Source of the DNA: Octopus sinensis
Taxonomy: Eukaryota
Length of the DNA: 64,000 nt
Assembly (NCBI RefSeq): GCF_006345805.1
Contig: NC_043001.1
Coordinates: forward strand, 99,262,001-99,326,000
Reading direction: 5' to 3'
Positions 51,351 to 64,000 of this stretch are shown piece after piece. The translations under genes and the position numbers were made by a program. Positions within the stretch are counted from its first letter, which is position 1. Each line of letters opens with the position of its first letter. The notes beneath the pieces are model-generated. The model searched no databases, had not been told where the DNA came from, and saw only the letters and a list, made by a program, of their open reading frames with translations.

Positions 51351-54300
51351 TCTCAAAGGGGTTCTGTCACTCCACCAAACTAAGATATACAAAAGAAGAA
51401 AAAAAAAAAACATAACAAACATATGTATAGATGTACATTAATTTTTGTATTGGTTTTGATGATGAATAGTATTCCAGTTGTGTGTAGACAGCAAAACTAC
51501 CTAGTCATGGACATGTATATATAGCTGAATATTTCAGAGTACCTTTAATGTAATCCTCAGGCAGAATCAGTGTAATGTTGTACACAAGTCTGGCTGTTTA
51601 AATGACTGGGTAGCCTGGTCAGTAGGCTTTCACACAATTTCTGCCTACTTGGTTTTACTGAAAAAGCTTGAGCAGACATTTACTTTCCACTCACAAAGAA
51701 TTAGCTGTTCACGGTTATTGTAGAAGACTCTTGCCCAATGTACTGCACTGAACTTGGAACTATATTGTAGCAAAGTAGACTTTTTTAACCACAGAGCCAC
51801 CTTTTGTGTCTGGTGTTGCTGAAAAATTGTATTTTGTGTATGAATTGGGCATAAATTAACCTTATTCATGCAACTATTTATGTTATGTGTACTGATTGTT
51901 ATTTATAAGCATATTTATATATTTTTTGTATTAGATCTCTATGCGCTCATATAATATTTACTTTTTGTTTTCATATAAATACTTAATACTTATTTCCTGT
52001 ATTTACCTTTCCTTAATGAATACAACATGTATACATACACATTCAACACAACAGTAATTGGTTGAAGGAAATTATTAGTCATTAGCCAGAACTAAAACTG
52101 GTTCGACTTCCTTAATATTGTGTCATAATTACACTATTCCTCATGAATCCATATTTTTTATTGATCTGAAAACCATGCTATGTACTGTATAAAGAGTTAT
52201 TGATATCTTGTTCACATTGTCTCTAAGCTCTAGGCAAACTTTGTAAGAATAAGTACCAAAGAGATCGTACTTATTTTACTGACCCAAATGAAATGCCAGG
52301 CAAAGTCCATATTGATGCAAATTAAATAACTGGGTGAAATGATTTGTATCAATAGTTACATTTTCTGACCCAAAATAACAAAACTCTTGCCTGTGTTCTA
52401 AAGAGTTTGTCATTTTTTTGTCTATAAGATAGAATAACACCAATTCCTGCAAAAGATTCCATAGTGGATAAGTCTGTTGAAATTTAAAAAGTAGTCTGGG
52501 TCAGGATCATTAACTCTTTTGTTATCGTATTTCTATTGAAACGAACTGACTTTGTTTCAATTAATTTTGAAATTAATAAAGAATTTAATAAAATAATTTC
52601 AGCATTATTTAACTGGAACCTGGAATGCAAATTAGCTTGAAATTTGTATGGCTTTAATTTAGATAATTTTAAAGCTGGATGTTTGTATCATATAACCAGG
52701 AGTGGTCTCAAGCAGGCTGAGTAACATCTATTTGAGTATTCATTCTTTAAAAGAATATTAATCTGTTTGAGCATGCATGTATTTGAACTGATGCAGTTTA
52801 AAATTATAACATTATTTATGGTTTTGTTGGTATAAAAAGAATAAAATGTTGGCAGTTATTTTGATAGATCTCAACTAAAAATATCAAATTAAATCTGATA
52901 TTCTATCTATTGATTAAGACAAAGCTAGGAGATAGTGCATTCTGTTTGCTAAACACAAGTTCAGTTTTTGTAGAGTACGGACATTAATTGACTGGATTAG
53001 TCATAGTATGTATATAGTACTTTATTGTTCACATAAAGGATTTGAACTCAGAACCTAAAGGAACATATTAAATATTTACTTTATTGAAATTGGTGCCAGT
53101 GCTGCTCGACTAGCTCCCATGCCAGTGGCACACAAAAAAGCACCATTTGAGCATGGTCAATGCCAGTGCTGCCTGACTGGCCCCCATGCTGGTGGCATGT
53201 AAAAAACACCCACTACACTCTTGGAGTGGTTGGTTAGGAAGGGCATCCAGCTGTAGAAACCTTGCCAGATCAGATTGCGGCCTGGTGCAGCCTCCTTGCT
53301 TGCCAGTCCTCAGTCCAACTGTCCTACCCATACCAGCATGGAAAGCGGACGTTGATGATGATGATGATTCAAAGCAAATTTTAGCTGGGAGTACTAGTTA
53401 ATTTAATCCGATATATATCATGGGTATTTTATCTATTCTGGAAGAGTAAAAGATAAAATTATATTCAGGTTTTAATTCAGTATTGTAAAATTAATTCTCT
53501 TGTGGCTCCAATTCCAATGGTCATCATCATTATAATTTACATTCTTTTTCATACTTGCATAGTTTGATTAGGTCTTCTCCAACATAGAATCTTGCCTCAT
53601 GTTGCACTCCTTTGTCATCTCTCTTGTGAGATTCAGCTGCCTTTAATAAGGCTTAGATTCGATTTTATATTCAATATTATTGGTACACATATTAATTCTA
53701 CTGTAAAGGAACCAGTCTAATGCTCTTATGTCTTAGTTGATTCCTTTACTGTAACTCTCCATCACTTATAAAAAAAAAATCCATTGTTATATTATTTTAT
53801 GTTGGTGGGGGCATTGTAGAATGGTAGTAAACTCTTCATGGACTGTACTTGTGATATCAGTTTGGTTCCCAAACAAGCATTTCACTGCATATTCACATTT
53901 TGTTGACAGTCAGCCTGGAGAAAGATAACACCACTAGGTTAACTTACAATCTATACACTGTGTGAAGATAGTCTTTGAGACTGACAGAAACAATCATTAA
54001 CTCTTACATTATATTTCATTTAATTTTATAAATAATAAAAACTTTAGGAGGATTTAGAAAACAACTGACTTTTTCATTAGTAAGATATTCGCAACATATT
54101 AATTAATATAAGAAGTTAGCTAATTGTATGTTGTAACAAATTGAAAATGGTTTTTCCCCCAAATTTCTTAAGGTGAATTAAGAATTCCTGTTATTTTTGT
54201 TCTATGCATATATCCTGACTGTACTTTTTGTATGGAATTGTGTCAAAATTGAATTAATTATAATGATTAATATTAAAAGGTTCTAACAAAATAATGATAG

Positions 54301-55899
54301 AAGGTTCTAATTTAAATGTTAACTATTAAATGAGAGGATTTGTATCATAAGACAAATAATGTCCTCCAACTAGTTTGTATCAGAAGGGTTAAAGTTTTGG
54401 AAAATTTTTATTTTCCACTTCTGCATTTGATGTAAATCAAAACTGTTTTTGATGTTTACCTTATTACATTTTACAATTTCATATAGTTTTGTTTAAGAAA
54501 AATGTCTTTTGTGCTTTGACGAGGTGCTTAGCTTCAATATTCTTAGTGTGGTGCAAATAATACAAATAATGTCCACCTGGATAGTGTTTCTGTCTCATTC
54601 AAGTAACATTCCCAAATGATCTGATATTTAGCCCTGATTACTAAGTGAATTTAATGTATAGAATATAGTATAGACCAGTATTAAGTTTGAATTCCTAGCT
54701 ACTTTGCTTCTACATATCTAGCATGATGTAACATTTAACCTAGAATTGTAACCTTTGTCTGTGCAGGATATGTACAAATACTGTTAATGTATATGTCCTT
54801 TTGTATTGAAATTAATACATAGGAAGTGAAGTAAAGCAATATTGGAACTACTTGAAGAATAGAAAACTATTCAAGGAAACAAAACGATCCACATCACTTC
54901 TGGTATTATTCTGTCAGTTTATGTATTTCCTAAGTGTCAACATAACATTCTTCAAAACAGCTATTATATACAAAGCTATTTATATAGCATATAATTCTTC
55001 TCTATTTATATATCAAAGATAAAATTTCCTTTTTCTCTCTTGCTTCCTTCAAGCCTTTCAGATTCAAGTACATTGTATCCAAATAAAGTAAAATAGAATT
55101 TTGAGTTCTTTTTAATCAATCCTTTGGTAAAGAAAAATTTCTGTATCACTGGCTACAAGAGATTTTGAAGGATGAGAAAAAAAACTATAGAATTATCATT
55201 AAACCTTTATACCAATGAAAATGGTATAAAGACCACTCATTTGCAGATGAGGTAGGTATACTGTCTGTATGTAAAGAGTTAGAACAAATACGGTAATGCA
55301 ATTTATCCAATGCCAGTCCACAGCTCTAATGATAATGTTGATTTATAGATCTAAATTTTTTTAGCACAAAAGACAGGAAAAACTCTGTTCCTTTGGATCC
55401 ATTAGTGATGTGGAGTAGGGTGACATGCTGCATGAGCAACAACTTAAACCTGCCCAGGTTTAGATCCTATTTAAAACCCTAAACTGGAGATAGAAAAAAA
55501 CACAGCCCCAAAAGCACTGAAATGACCAACAAGTACAGCTTGTGTGACAGAGACTACTATTCACACATTGAACTATTTAACTATAGACAATGCTGTTCCA
55601 GTAGGGCACTCAACTAATATCTCAGCCATGGTCATTAATGATAGGTGGAGGCCTAAGATATAGGGTTGTTATAGTTTCCAGCTGCTTAGTCATGAGTTCA
55701 CAGCATTTCCAATGGCCAGAGAGTCTGTGCAACAAGGGTGGAATAAGCACTACAAAACATCTTATTCTGCACAAATTACAGACTTGGCTTATATCTATTA
55801 CATAAGACTAGACAGTATTTCCCTTCTCTCAAAGGAGGATTATATAGAGATGATGCCCTCCTGGTATATAATGGCCGATCCAAAAGAAAAATGAGGGAA

Positions 55900-56450
55900 G
55901 AACTTCATAAATTTTATTAAAATTTTGGTTTATCTATTATCTTTGAAGAAAGCTATTGTAGAACAAATTTCTTAGATGTAACTCTGGACCTCAATACCTC
56001 AAATATATAAACATTCATTCTAACCACCATATATCATTACTTAATGGCATTGTAAACAGTATATCTATTAGAATCTCAGGTCTATCCAATAATGAAGAAA
56101 TATTCAATAATCACGCAAACTATTATAATCAAACTTTAGCTGCAAGTGGATTTAAACAAAATATTAAGTATGTAAAAGATACAATACTTATGATTTATAT
56201 AGCACAAATGGAACTAAACCAAACCACACAATACGAAACTAAGAAATACAACTAACCTTACCTCTAACAATATTCTATCAATACAAAAAGATGATACCTC
56301 TGTAAAACATGACAAAGAAAAAACCTAGATTATTAATTCTAGATTCCATTTCAAAGGGTAATACATCCATGAAACAATTGTAAGATATTCTAAACTTTTA
56401 CGATAATCATACTTTATATATCTGTTTATTAATACAATATTACTTTGGAC
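55900..56450 (+). pseudogene. Penelope-like RT relic (same lineage as 21310-25397)
   Basis: FGLSIIFEE...TNFLDVTLDLN, YINIHSNH and YYNQTLAASGF. Confidence 0.7.
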
Positions 56451-56557
56451 GAATATCTTCTGTGAGGATTTTTTGATGTAATTTTCCTGCTCTTATTTTA
56501 TAATGTAATATGTAATATATATGTGTATATATATGTATGTATGTGTATATATATATA

Positions 56558-56588
<31 letters not shown>

Positions 56589-56623
56589 GTATGTATGTGT
56601 GTATATCTATGTGTATGTATCTA

Positions 56624-57505
56624 CTAGTTGATGTGCCCGGTAATTCCATGGGGTAAAGATGTTCTATTGAAATGCCTTATTACTCTGATATAAGAAAGGA
56701 ATTTCGTTATAACTGCCACAAAAGGTGTATTTTCTGTCACGAAAAAATACAAAAAACTGTCAGCTGGGAGAGATTGTTGGAGGTTTGTGAGTGAGGTTTT
56801 CGGGAGTTGGTGAGAGGCAAAGACATTATTCTGCTTAGCGAAGGCATCTGGGAAATGTATAACTGCTGTCATTCACAGAAAAAGCTTTTTTTTTTTACTG
56901 TGAGAAAAGTGCTGTTGAAGTGTTAAATGAAATTTGGCAATCGAGGATCAAATCCACACTATGCCTGCAAATATGTTGTGGAATAAAAAAATTTATCTAC
57001 TGTCATAGAAAAAGTGTAACTGTAAAAATGCAGAATTATCGGAGTAATGGGCATTCAAAAAGTATGTATAGAAATGTATGAATCAAATCTTTAATGTTTA
57101 AGATTCAAATTAAGGAAGTGCAATAATGTTTAGCAGTTTAAAACTGAGGGCAGTGAAATGAAGAATTAGGTCGGCTGATCGTGAGAATCAAATATTGATC
57201 GCTTTGCTGAAATCTGTAGGTGGTATGGGTTATTTCCCTTGGGTTGTTTAAATAAAATGTTATATGTAGTAGATAGAAGGATCCATTGGATGGGTCCTAC
57301 TATTAATTTTTTTTCAACAACCCAAGTATATCACCAGATTTCCAGACATGGCACTACTCATGTGTCAAAGTATAAAAGTGATATTGTCTGCAAAAATTAG
57401 AAATAGGACATACAAAAAACCAATATTCAAAGTAATCAAACATAAACAATGAAATGGGTTGTTTCCCTTGAGTGTTTAAAAAGACTATTGTACAGGTGCT
57501 ATGAG
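56624..57505 (-). mobile_element. Helitron family copy (relative of 7357-9055), internally deleted
   Basis: CTAG end and GGGGTAAAGATGTTCTATTGAAATG...; colinear with 7357-8390. Confidence 0.8.
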
Positions 57506-57750
57506 TTATATATATATATATATGTGTGTGCGTGTGTGTTTGTGTATGTATAGATGTATGTGTATACTCTTTTACTTGTTTTAGTCATTTGACTGCGGCC
57601 ATGCTGGAGCACCACCTTTAGTCGAGCAAATCGACCCCGGGACTTATTCTTTGTAAGCCCAGTACTTATTCTATCGGTTTCTTTTGCCGATAGAATATAT
57701 GTTTATATATTTGAGGTATTGAGGTCCAGAGTTACATCTAAGAAATTTGC

Positions 57751-58358
57751 TTTACAAAATTGTTTGGATGCTTTCATGTTAAACAAAACAAAACAAAAAA
57801 TCAGGAAAAAAATACGGTTTGAGGAAAAGTCGTGGTGGGGAACAGCAAACTAGTTACACCGATTCGCTTCACAAAATTGTTTGGATGCTTTCATGTTAAA
57901 CAAAACAAATGAAAAAAAAAACAGAATAAGTAAATAATTTATTAATGCATAAAGATTGAATTTATCATGAATAGTCTTGGAAAAGCTATTTGGAATGAGA
58001 ATTTGAATATGAGTGATCTGTTTCCGTTGACTGCGAACATTCAGATGGATAGAGTGGTGTGATTGTTTTTGTTAGCGATATACGAGAGGTCAAATGGCTA
58101 CAACTGGGAATCGAAACTGCATCGTAGGCTCGCTGGGCAGGAATTTATTTTGGTATCCTACAGAATTTCATTTTATGATGTACTTTCTACTACCAGCATA
58201 TCTCAAGTGACCTGTGACCTGCTTGATTTACTACCAAAACAAACAAGCACACGCATAAAAATTGTTTTTCGTGTTGCTGTATTGAATATTATTTTTCTAT
58301 GCAAAAGATAATGAAAGGAACCCAATGGTTATATATATAATGTGTGTTTTAAATTTTA
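57751..58358 (+). repeat. Near-identical copy of 62597-63153 (plus a 44-bp internal pre-copy) inserted into an inverted Penelope fragment
   Basis: Identical 82-aa ORF translations at 58063 and 62858. Flanks 57692-57749 and 58357-58388 are the reverse complement of 55924-56020. Confidence 0.9.
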
Positions 58359-58489
58359 GCTTTCTTCAAAGGTAATAGATAAACCAACATATATATATGT
58401 ATATAAATCCTTAAAAATGTTCCAGCCTGAAAGCTGCGACTATGCTGGGGTACCACCGTTGAATGTGCTACACTAGTATGTAAAACCAC

Positions 58490-59075
58490 CTCTGATATGT
58501 GGCACTTGGTCAACAAGGGAGTTCAACAAATCTGCGCGCATCTGTTTCCTGTCGAGAGGTAGGTTCATCTGGAACCCCTGACAAGAAAAGTTTCAGTTTA
58601 ATTATAAAGAAACCCACATCCCCACCATGCAGGCCTATCGAGCATTTAGGATTTTCCAGATGTATATCACTGCATATCTCTCCCGCCTTTCTCAAGGGAT
58701 AACAGTTTTAATACTTTCAGTCTTTCCCAGTAGCTGATATGTTGCATTGAGACAGTCTTCTTAGTGTAGCTTCGTTGGATTGCTTTGAGTTCTGCTGTTA
58801 ACTTTATATTGTATGGTGACCATAGTTGGGAACAGTAGTCTAAGCTGCTGAGGACGAATGTCTTCCAAAGGACCATTAGTGTCTCCTTCTCTCTTGTTCT
58901 GAAAGTTCAGAGGATCCATCCAGCTAGCCGTCTGCATTTTATTACCAAATTGGCGATATGCACTTGGAAAGATGCATCATTGTTCATGTCAATGCTCAGG
59001 ACATGCACTGATTTTGACTCAGGAATTGCAATTCTTCCCGGGTCAGTGTATCCGGTCTGCATGTCGTTCAGCTTT
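58490..59075 (-). pseudogene. CR1-type LINE 3' fragment
   Basis: KCRRLAGWIL, LWKTFVLSSLDYCSQLWSPY..IQRSYTK..SYWERLKVLKLLSLE and KLKLFLSGVPDEP. Confidence 0.85.
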
Positions 59076-59411
59076 ATGTGTATATATATATGTATTTTAT
59101 TCAAAGAAATTCCAACACTGTCTGTTTTTTATGTTTTATTTATATTCTTTATAACAGTTTCAACAGCTGAAACATTCCTGGGACCTTGAAGACTGCTTAA
59201 ATGCAAGAAAGTATACTAGTCCCTTAATATTTGATATTCAATATTTCCTCTATTCAATGACAATCAACACTTCATTTCATTTTACTATATATTCTATATT
59301 CTACATTAATATTATAAAGACTATAAATAAAACATAAAAAACAGAGTTGGAATTCCTTTGAATAATATATATCTCTCTATACACAATCATACAAACCCCT
59401 TTTTATTTATA

Positions 59412-59464
<53 letters not shown>

Positions 59465-59475
59465 ATATGTGTATG

Positions 59476-59507
<32 letters not shown>

Positions 59508-59509
59508 CA

Positions 59510-59915
59510 TACTCGACAGTGTTAGCACCCTGAGAGAAAAGTTGGACCTAAGAAGTATCAGATGTAGTGTGCAAGAGAGATGACTGCGCTGGTATGGCCA
59601 TGTGGCAAGAATGGATGTGGATAGTTGTGTGAAAAAGTGCCACACCCTAGCGGTTGAGGGAACCTGTGGAAGAGGTAGACCCAGGAAGACTTGGGATGAG
59701 GTGGTGAAGCATGACCTTCGAACATTGGGCCTCACCGAGGAAATGACTAGTGACCGGGACTTTTGGAAATATGCAGTGCTTGAGAAGACTCGGCAAGCTC
59801 AAGTGAGACCATAACCTTATGGCCTATGCCAGGGATGTAACCAGCCCACTTTATGTGTACCTTTCCCTTATTGGACACTAAACTCTGCTTGCAAAGACCT
59901 GTTGAGGCAAGTGAA
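59510..59915 (+). mobile_element. RTE LINE 3' fragment
   Basis: LRWYGHVARMD..VEGTCGRGRPRKTWDEVVKHDL, homologous to 27660-27940. Confidence 0.85.
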
Positions 59916-61168
59916 ATCGAAATGAGTTTTAAGACATTGATAGATATACCAGTTCTACATTTCGGCTTGTTATGGCTGTAATCATCGATGGCCTTCCTAC
60001 TCTACATATTGATCAGTTGTCAAGTGGATGCTGAAGAATAAGAATTGCATCCTAGAAATTAAAATAGACGAACATCAGAAAGCCTTAATGAGAGGAGATT
60101 CAGCTAAATCATGGCATGAAAAAGAAAATACTCTGCTTTAAAATGAAGTTCTCACAGTGAAAACTTAGAAAAGTCTAAATAGCAGTACATATAACGCTTA
60201 CTGATAAACTAATAATCAGTGTGTCTAGTACTGACTTCTAAACATCTGTTTGATATGGCTACCATTACTGAAAAGTGAATTTAAGCTAAAACTACTATAG
60301 TTGTACATGTGCTATGGGATAAAGATTAAATTACCTTGTAGTTTAGGAATAAGCTTTTCCAGTTGGAATCTCATGGGGTTCTGATTTACATATCCAGCAA
60401 CAAAGCCTTTGATGTTGATTGGAAATTGGACTGATTACATGTAGTGTAGATGCGATCTTATTTTAAAATTGTCTTGATATATTTGACAAAAAAGAAAACG
60501 CCATTCAACTGCAGTGGAATAATAAAAGGTATCTTTTCAGAAATTAAGTTAACTGAAAGTGTAATGTAACATGGCCTAAGGGAGACCATTCCATGATAAT
60601 AAAAAAAAGACAATAGATTAGAAGAATGAATGATTTTAATGTTAAAAATTAACTTTACTGGTAGGAAATTTTTTCATTTAAAAGTAAAATACAAAATATA
60701 TAATAGATGGATGGATTTTATGAACTTATGAACAAATGACTTGCCTAAACTCGAATTCATTTTACAAGAAGTAGCACTAGAGAAGGACTCTTTGAAAGGT
60801 ATGATACTGAATCAAATGTCATTCTATATTCCTTGGTTGCATTATGTCATTTAGCTTGCACAAAAGATTTAGGTGTAGGAACCAAAATTATGATTAATAA
60901 TAAAATTTTATCCTATGTGAATAACAGTATGGGTGAATCCTTAAAAAATATTTGAATAAATTTAAACCCAAAATGTATTTTTAAAAAATTTAAAAACAAA
61001 TGTTGGTGCATATGAATAGTCAGCTCTGCTTGTGCAAGCCCCTGACATGGGGTAGTTGATTGAGCAATTTTAGCAGTTGTGCTGTTACTGACTTCAAATA
61101 TTGCAATTATAATATGGGCTCTTCTTTAGAGATAGTTGTTTCTGGTGGAGACTTTTGTGTTACTTTAA

Positions 61169-61374
61169 CCCTTTAACATTCAGATTACTGTCAAATTTAA
61201 TGCCTATTAAATGATATTATTTTGAATTAATCATACCTTTGAGATTTTGATGATGTGGTTGTTTATTTTTAGAATGACATTGTAAGGTAGATGTGAGAGG
61301 CTGGATCTGGTCAGCTTGAACACCAAACGAGTAGAATATTTTGGCTGGGTATGACTGGTTTAAATGCTTAAGGG
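61169..61374. mobile_element. piggyBac-type MITE
   Basis: TTAA|CCCTTTAACATT ... AATGCTTAAGGG|TTAA. Decayed relatives at ~52510-52720 and ~54200-54392. Confidence 0.8.
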
Positions 61375-63369
61375 TTAAGCAATCAAACATTTGCCTAGAG
61401 CCTCCCTACCTGAAAATAAGAGTCATTTACAAATGCAAATAACTTTATCAGTAAAGTCGTATTAAGTCTCCAAAATTAAGTTTATGTCAGGCATTTCTTA
61501 AAATGCTGATTTTTTTTTCCTTCTTTCCCTCAGAATTTTATTTTTCCATGTAAAATGAATTTTTGTTTTAAAAAGTTATTCTTTGCAATTGTCTTGCATT
61601 CATTTTTTTGTTTGTTTTTAAATGAACCAATTCCATGATCTCTCCCTGAAAAATATAAAAAGAGTTGAAATAGGATGCATGTGAACTAAAAGCTACATAC
61701 CACAAAGCATTACAGACGCTTCACCAATACCAGTGCCTTTATAATATCTAATATCACAAAGCCATTAATTTGGGGAGGATTGTAGTTTATTAAATGGACA
61801 TGTCATTGATTGGCACTTTACTTTATCCCGATTTGGAAAGTATGAATGTCAAAAGTCGATCAGAGTGAACTCAGAATGTGTTCTTCTGACCCTGTTCCAA
61901 TAATAATGATGAATAAGTATACAAGTATATACAATATTTTGGTAAATTTAATCAACCTCACTAGTAGCTAACAAGTGCTTATATTTATTAAGCGATCCTA
62001 CTCCATGCTGTGAGATATTTCCTCTCTGCCTTTCCAGCTTTGTTGCTAAAACGTCTCCCCTTCCTTTTTGTTTAGTGCGTGGTTGGGGCAGTCGAATCGC
62101 TTATTATAACAGTCTTGCAAACTAACGGGTATTTCAACAGTACAACACACAATGAGCTAGTATTAGTCTTTTTGAAAAAAGGTGTCATTGCCAAGTATTT
62201 TCTGTTAAGCGGAAAACATTTCATATCATTAAAAGTACTAAAAAAAAGTTTAAAATTTCATTTGCAGACAGTATTCTTTCAAAACTCCGTATTTATTTTG
62301 TAAAATGTCTTTTCGAGACAATTTTTTATATTGATCTCGTTACATTTTATACAAAGCTCTTTGCCCCCTCTTGCCACGGACTTAGTATCCTCATAACTTT
62401 CTGAAAACAAATATTTTAAAAGTTATGTTGATGTAATGTTAAAAGAAACATTTGTAAAAAGTTTCGGATCATTCCCCTTTCCTTCCGACTTTACTCTAAA
62501 CGCGTTTTAAACTGCATATTTTAAAATGGAATTGTAGGTACAGACATATGTTTTCGAGAATGTGGGATAAGGATTATGTTGGGGGTAAAAAAAAAATCAG
62601 GAAAAAATACGGTTTGAGGAAAAGTCGTGGTGGGGAACAGCAAACTAGTTACACCGATTCGCTTCACAAAATTGTTTGGATGCTTTCATGTTAAACAAAA
62701 CAAATGAAAAAAAAAACAGAATAAGTAAATAATTTATTAATGCATAAAGATTGAATTTATCATGAATAGTCTTGGAAAAGCTATTTGGAATGAGAATTTG
62801 AATATGAGTGATCTGTTTCCGTTGACTGCGAACATTCAGATGGATAGAGTGGTGTGATTGTTTTTGTTAGCGATATACGAGAGGTCAAATGGCTACAACT
62901 GGGAATCGAAACTGCATCGTAGGCTCGCTGGGCAGGAATTTATTTTGGTATCCTACAGAATTTCATTTTATGATGTACTTTCTACTACCAGCATATCTCA
63001 AGTGACCTGTGACCTGCTTGATTTACTACCAAAACAAACAAGCACACGCATAAAAATTGTTTTTCGTGTTGCTGTATTGAATATTATTTTTCTATGCAAA
63101 AGATAATGAAAGGAACCCAATGGTTATATATATAATGTGTGTTTTAAATTTTAACAGGAGCCATTTTGCTTAATGATTGTTTTTCAAAGCATAGTTTTTG
63201 CATTTTTTGTGTGGAAGTTATGAAAAAATAAATTAAAATAAATGAAGGAAAGTGGAAAAAAGTTTTATATGTATAATAATAATAATAAACTAGGAAAATA
63301 TGTCTGAATTGTTAAAATGCATAATGTGTAATTTCCATGTGTGGATAGAGAGAAGGAGACTCACCATGT

Positions 63370-63885
63370 TTACGTATTTAAAGCCCCATTTTGCCGAGTT
63401 GACCGTCGCCCATACCTTCTACTACTAGTTTCTGATTGTGAATTAGAGTTAACATTGTTACGTTTCAGTGCCATTCTGGCTTCTGCCTGTTCGAATTTTC
63501 TGTTAGCTCTTGCCTGGGCCATGGCCCTGGCGTTTCTTACTCTCTCCTTCCTCCTATACTCGTCATTTTGTCGAAGGATAGCCATTGAGATAGCATTCTC
63601 TTCTCGCTCTTTCCGCCTGTACTCGTCGTCCATTCTGGCCTGAGCTCTCGATAGAGCATTTTTTGCCCGTTCTCTTGCCCTATACTCCTCGCTCAAACGG
63701 TTTCGTCTCTGAGCAGCTGCATTTCGTTCTCTCTCTTTCGCCCGGTACTCTGGATCTTCTCTCATCCTCCTCATATTTTCAGCCGCGCGCGCTCTTGATA
63801 GTTCTTTGTTTGCAGTCCTATGTCTAACCAACAGCTCGCTCGATCTAGGTTGATCTTTGCGTACTGTTGTTTTAATCCTCGGCAT
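63370..63885 (-). CDS. 171-aa basic helical protein with four 21-aa E-Y-R-x-K-E-R-x-x-N-A repeats (STPR-like / Helitron N-terminal-like putative DNA-binding domain)
   Basis: Uninterrupted, GC- and CpG-rich ORF with AAAAC-ATG context. Repeats are conserved at protein level but diverged in DNA. Candidate acceptor TTTTAAACAG at 63950 and donor ATG|GTGAGT at 63364. Confidence 0.7.
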   Translation of the reverse strand: MPRIKTTVRKDQPRSSELLVRHRTANKELSRARAAENMRRMREDPEYRAKERERNAAAQRRNRLSEEYRARERAKNALSRAQARMDDEYRRKEREENAISMAILRQNDEYRRKERVRNARAMAQARANRKFEQAEARMALKRNNVNSNSQSETSSRRYGRRSTRQNGALNT

Positions 63886-64000
63886 GTTTTTGTTCCGTTT
63901 GCTGTGCGATCTTGCCTTTTAAATTCTGCCTGAATCCCCAGACAAGGGTCTGTTTAAAACAGCCAACACTTTGAAGTTTTTGTATATGAAATGCAGTTTA

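Noticed and set aside
58063-58311. Duplicated 82-aa gene (also 62858-63106)
   Set aside because: Non-ATG start and no recognisable motif; identity is explained by the recent DNA duplication.

Overview
AT-rich, microsatellite-dense animal genomic DNA. The tRNA-SINE, RTE and Penelope repertoire points to an octopus (coleoid cephalopod); this is family recognition by eye, not a database match. Most of the window is transposon debris. Retroelements: an R4/Dong-type LINE plus three other inserts stacked in one (TAA)n microsatellite, three Penelope-like (PLE) relics, a fairly intact RTE LINE with a PHD-like finger, CR1-type relics and many SINEs. DNA elements: a dead Tc1, non-autonomous Helitrons, and mariner, hAT and piggyBac MITEs. 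Host-gene signal is limited to a CpG-retaining, probably bidirectional promoter at about 34.8-36.8 kb (CRE palindromes, divergent GTAAGT donors, candidate first coding exon M-P-E) and an intact 171-aa ORF with 21-aa E-Y-R repeats at the far end. The most interesting observations are (1) a ~200-nt motif present as three divergent members whose predicted helices are kept by compensatory substitutions and which inserts as PLE-like palindromes without a hammerhead, a candidate new structured RNA or ribozyme; (2) several Penelope-type minimal hammerhead ribozymes, one with an intact core; (3) three local templated insertions copied from 0.5-9 kb away. All alignments and folds were read by eye and coordinates of degenerate relics are approximate.
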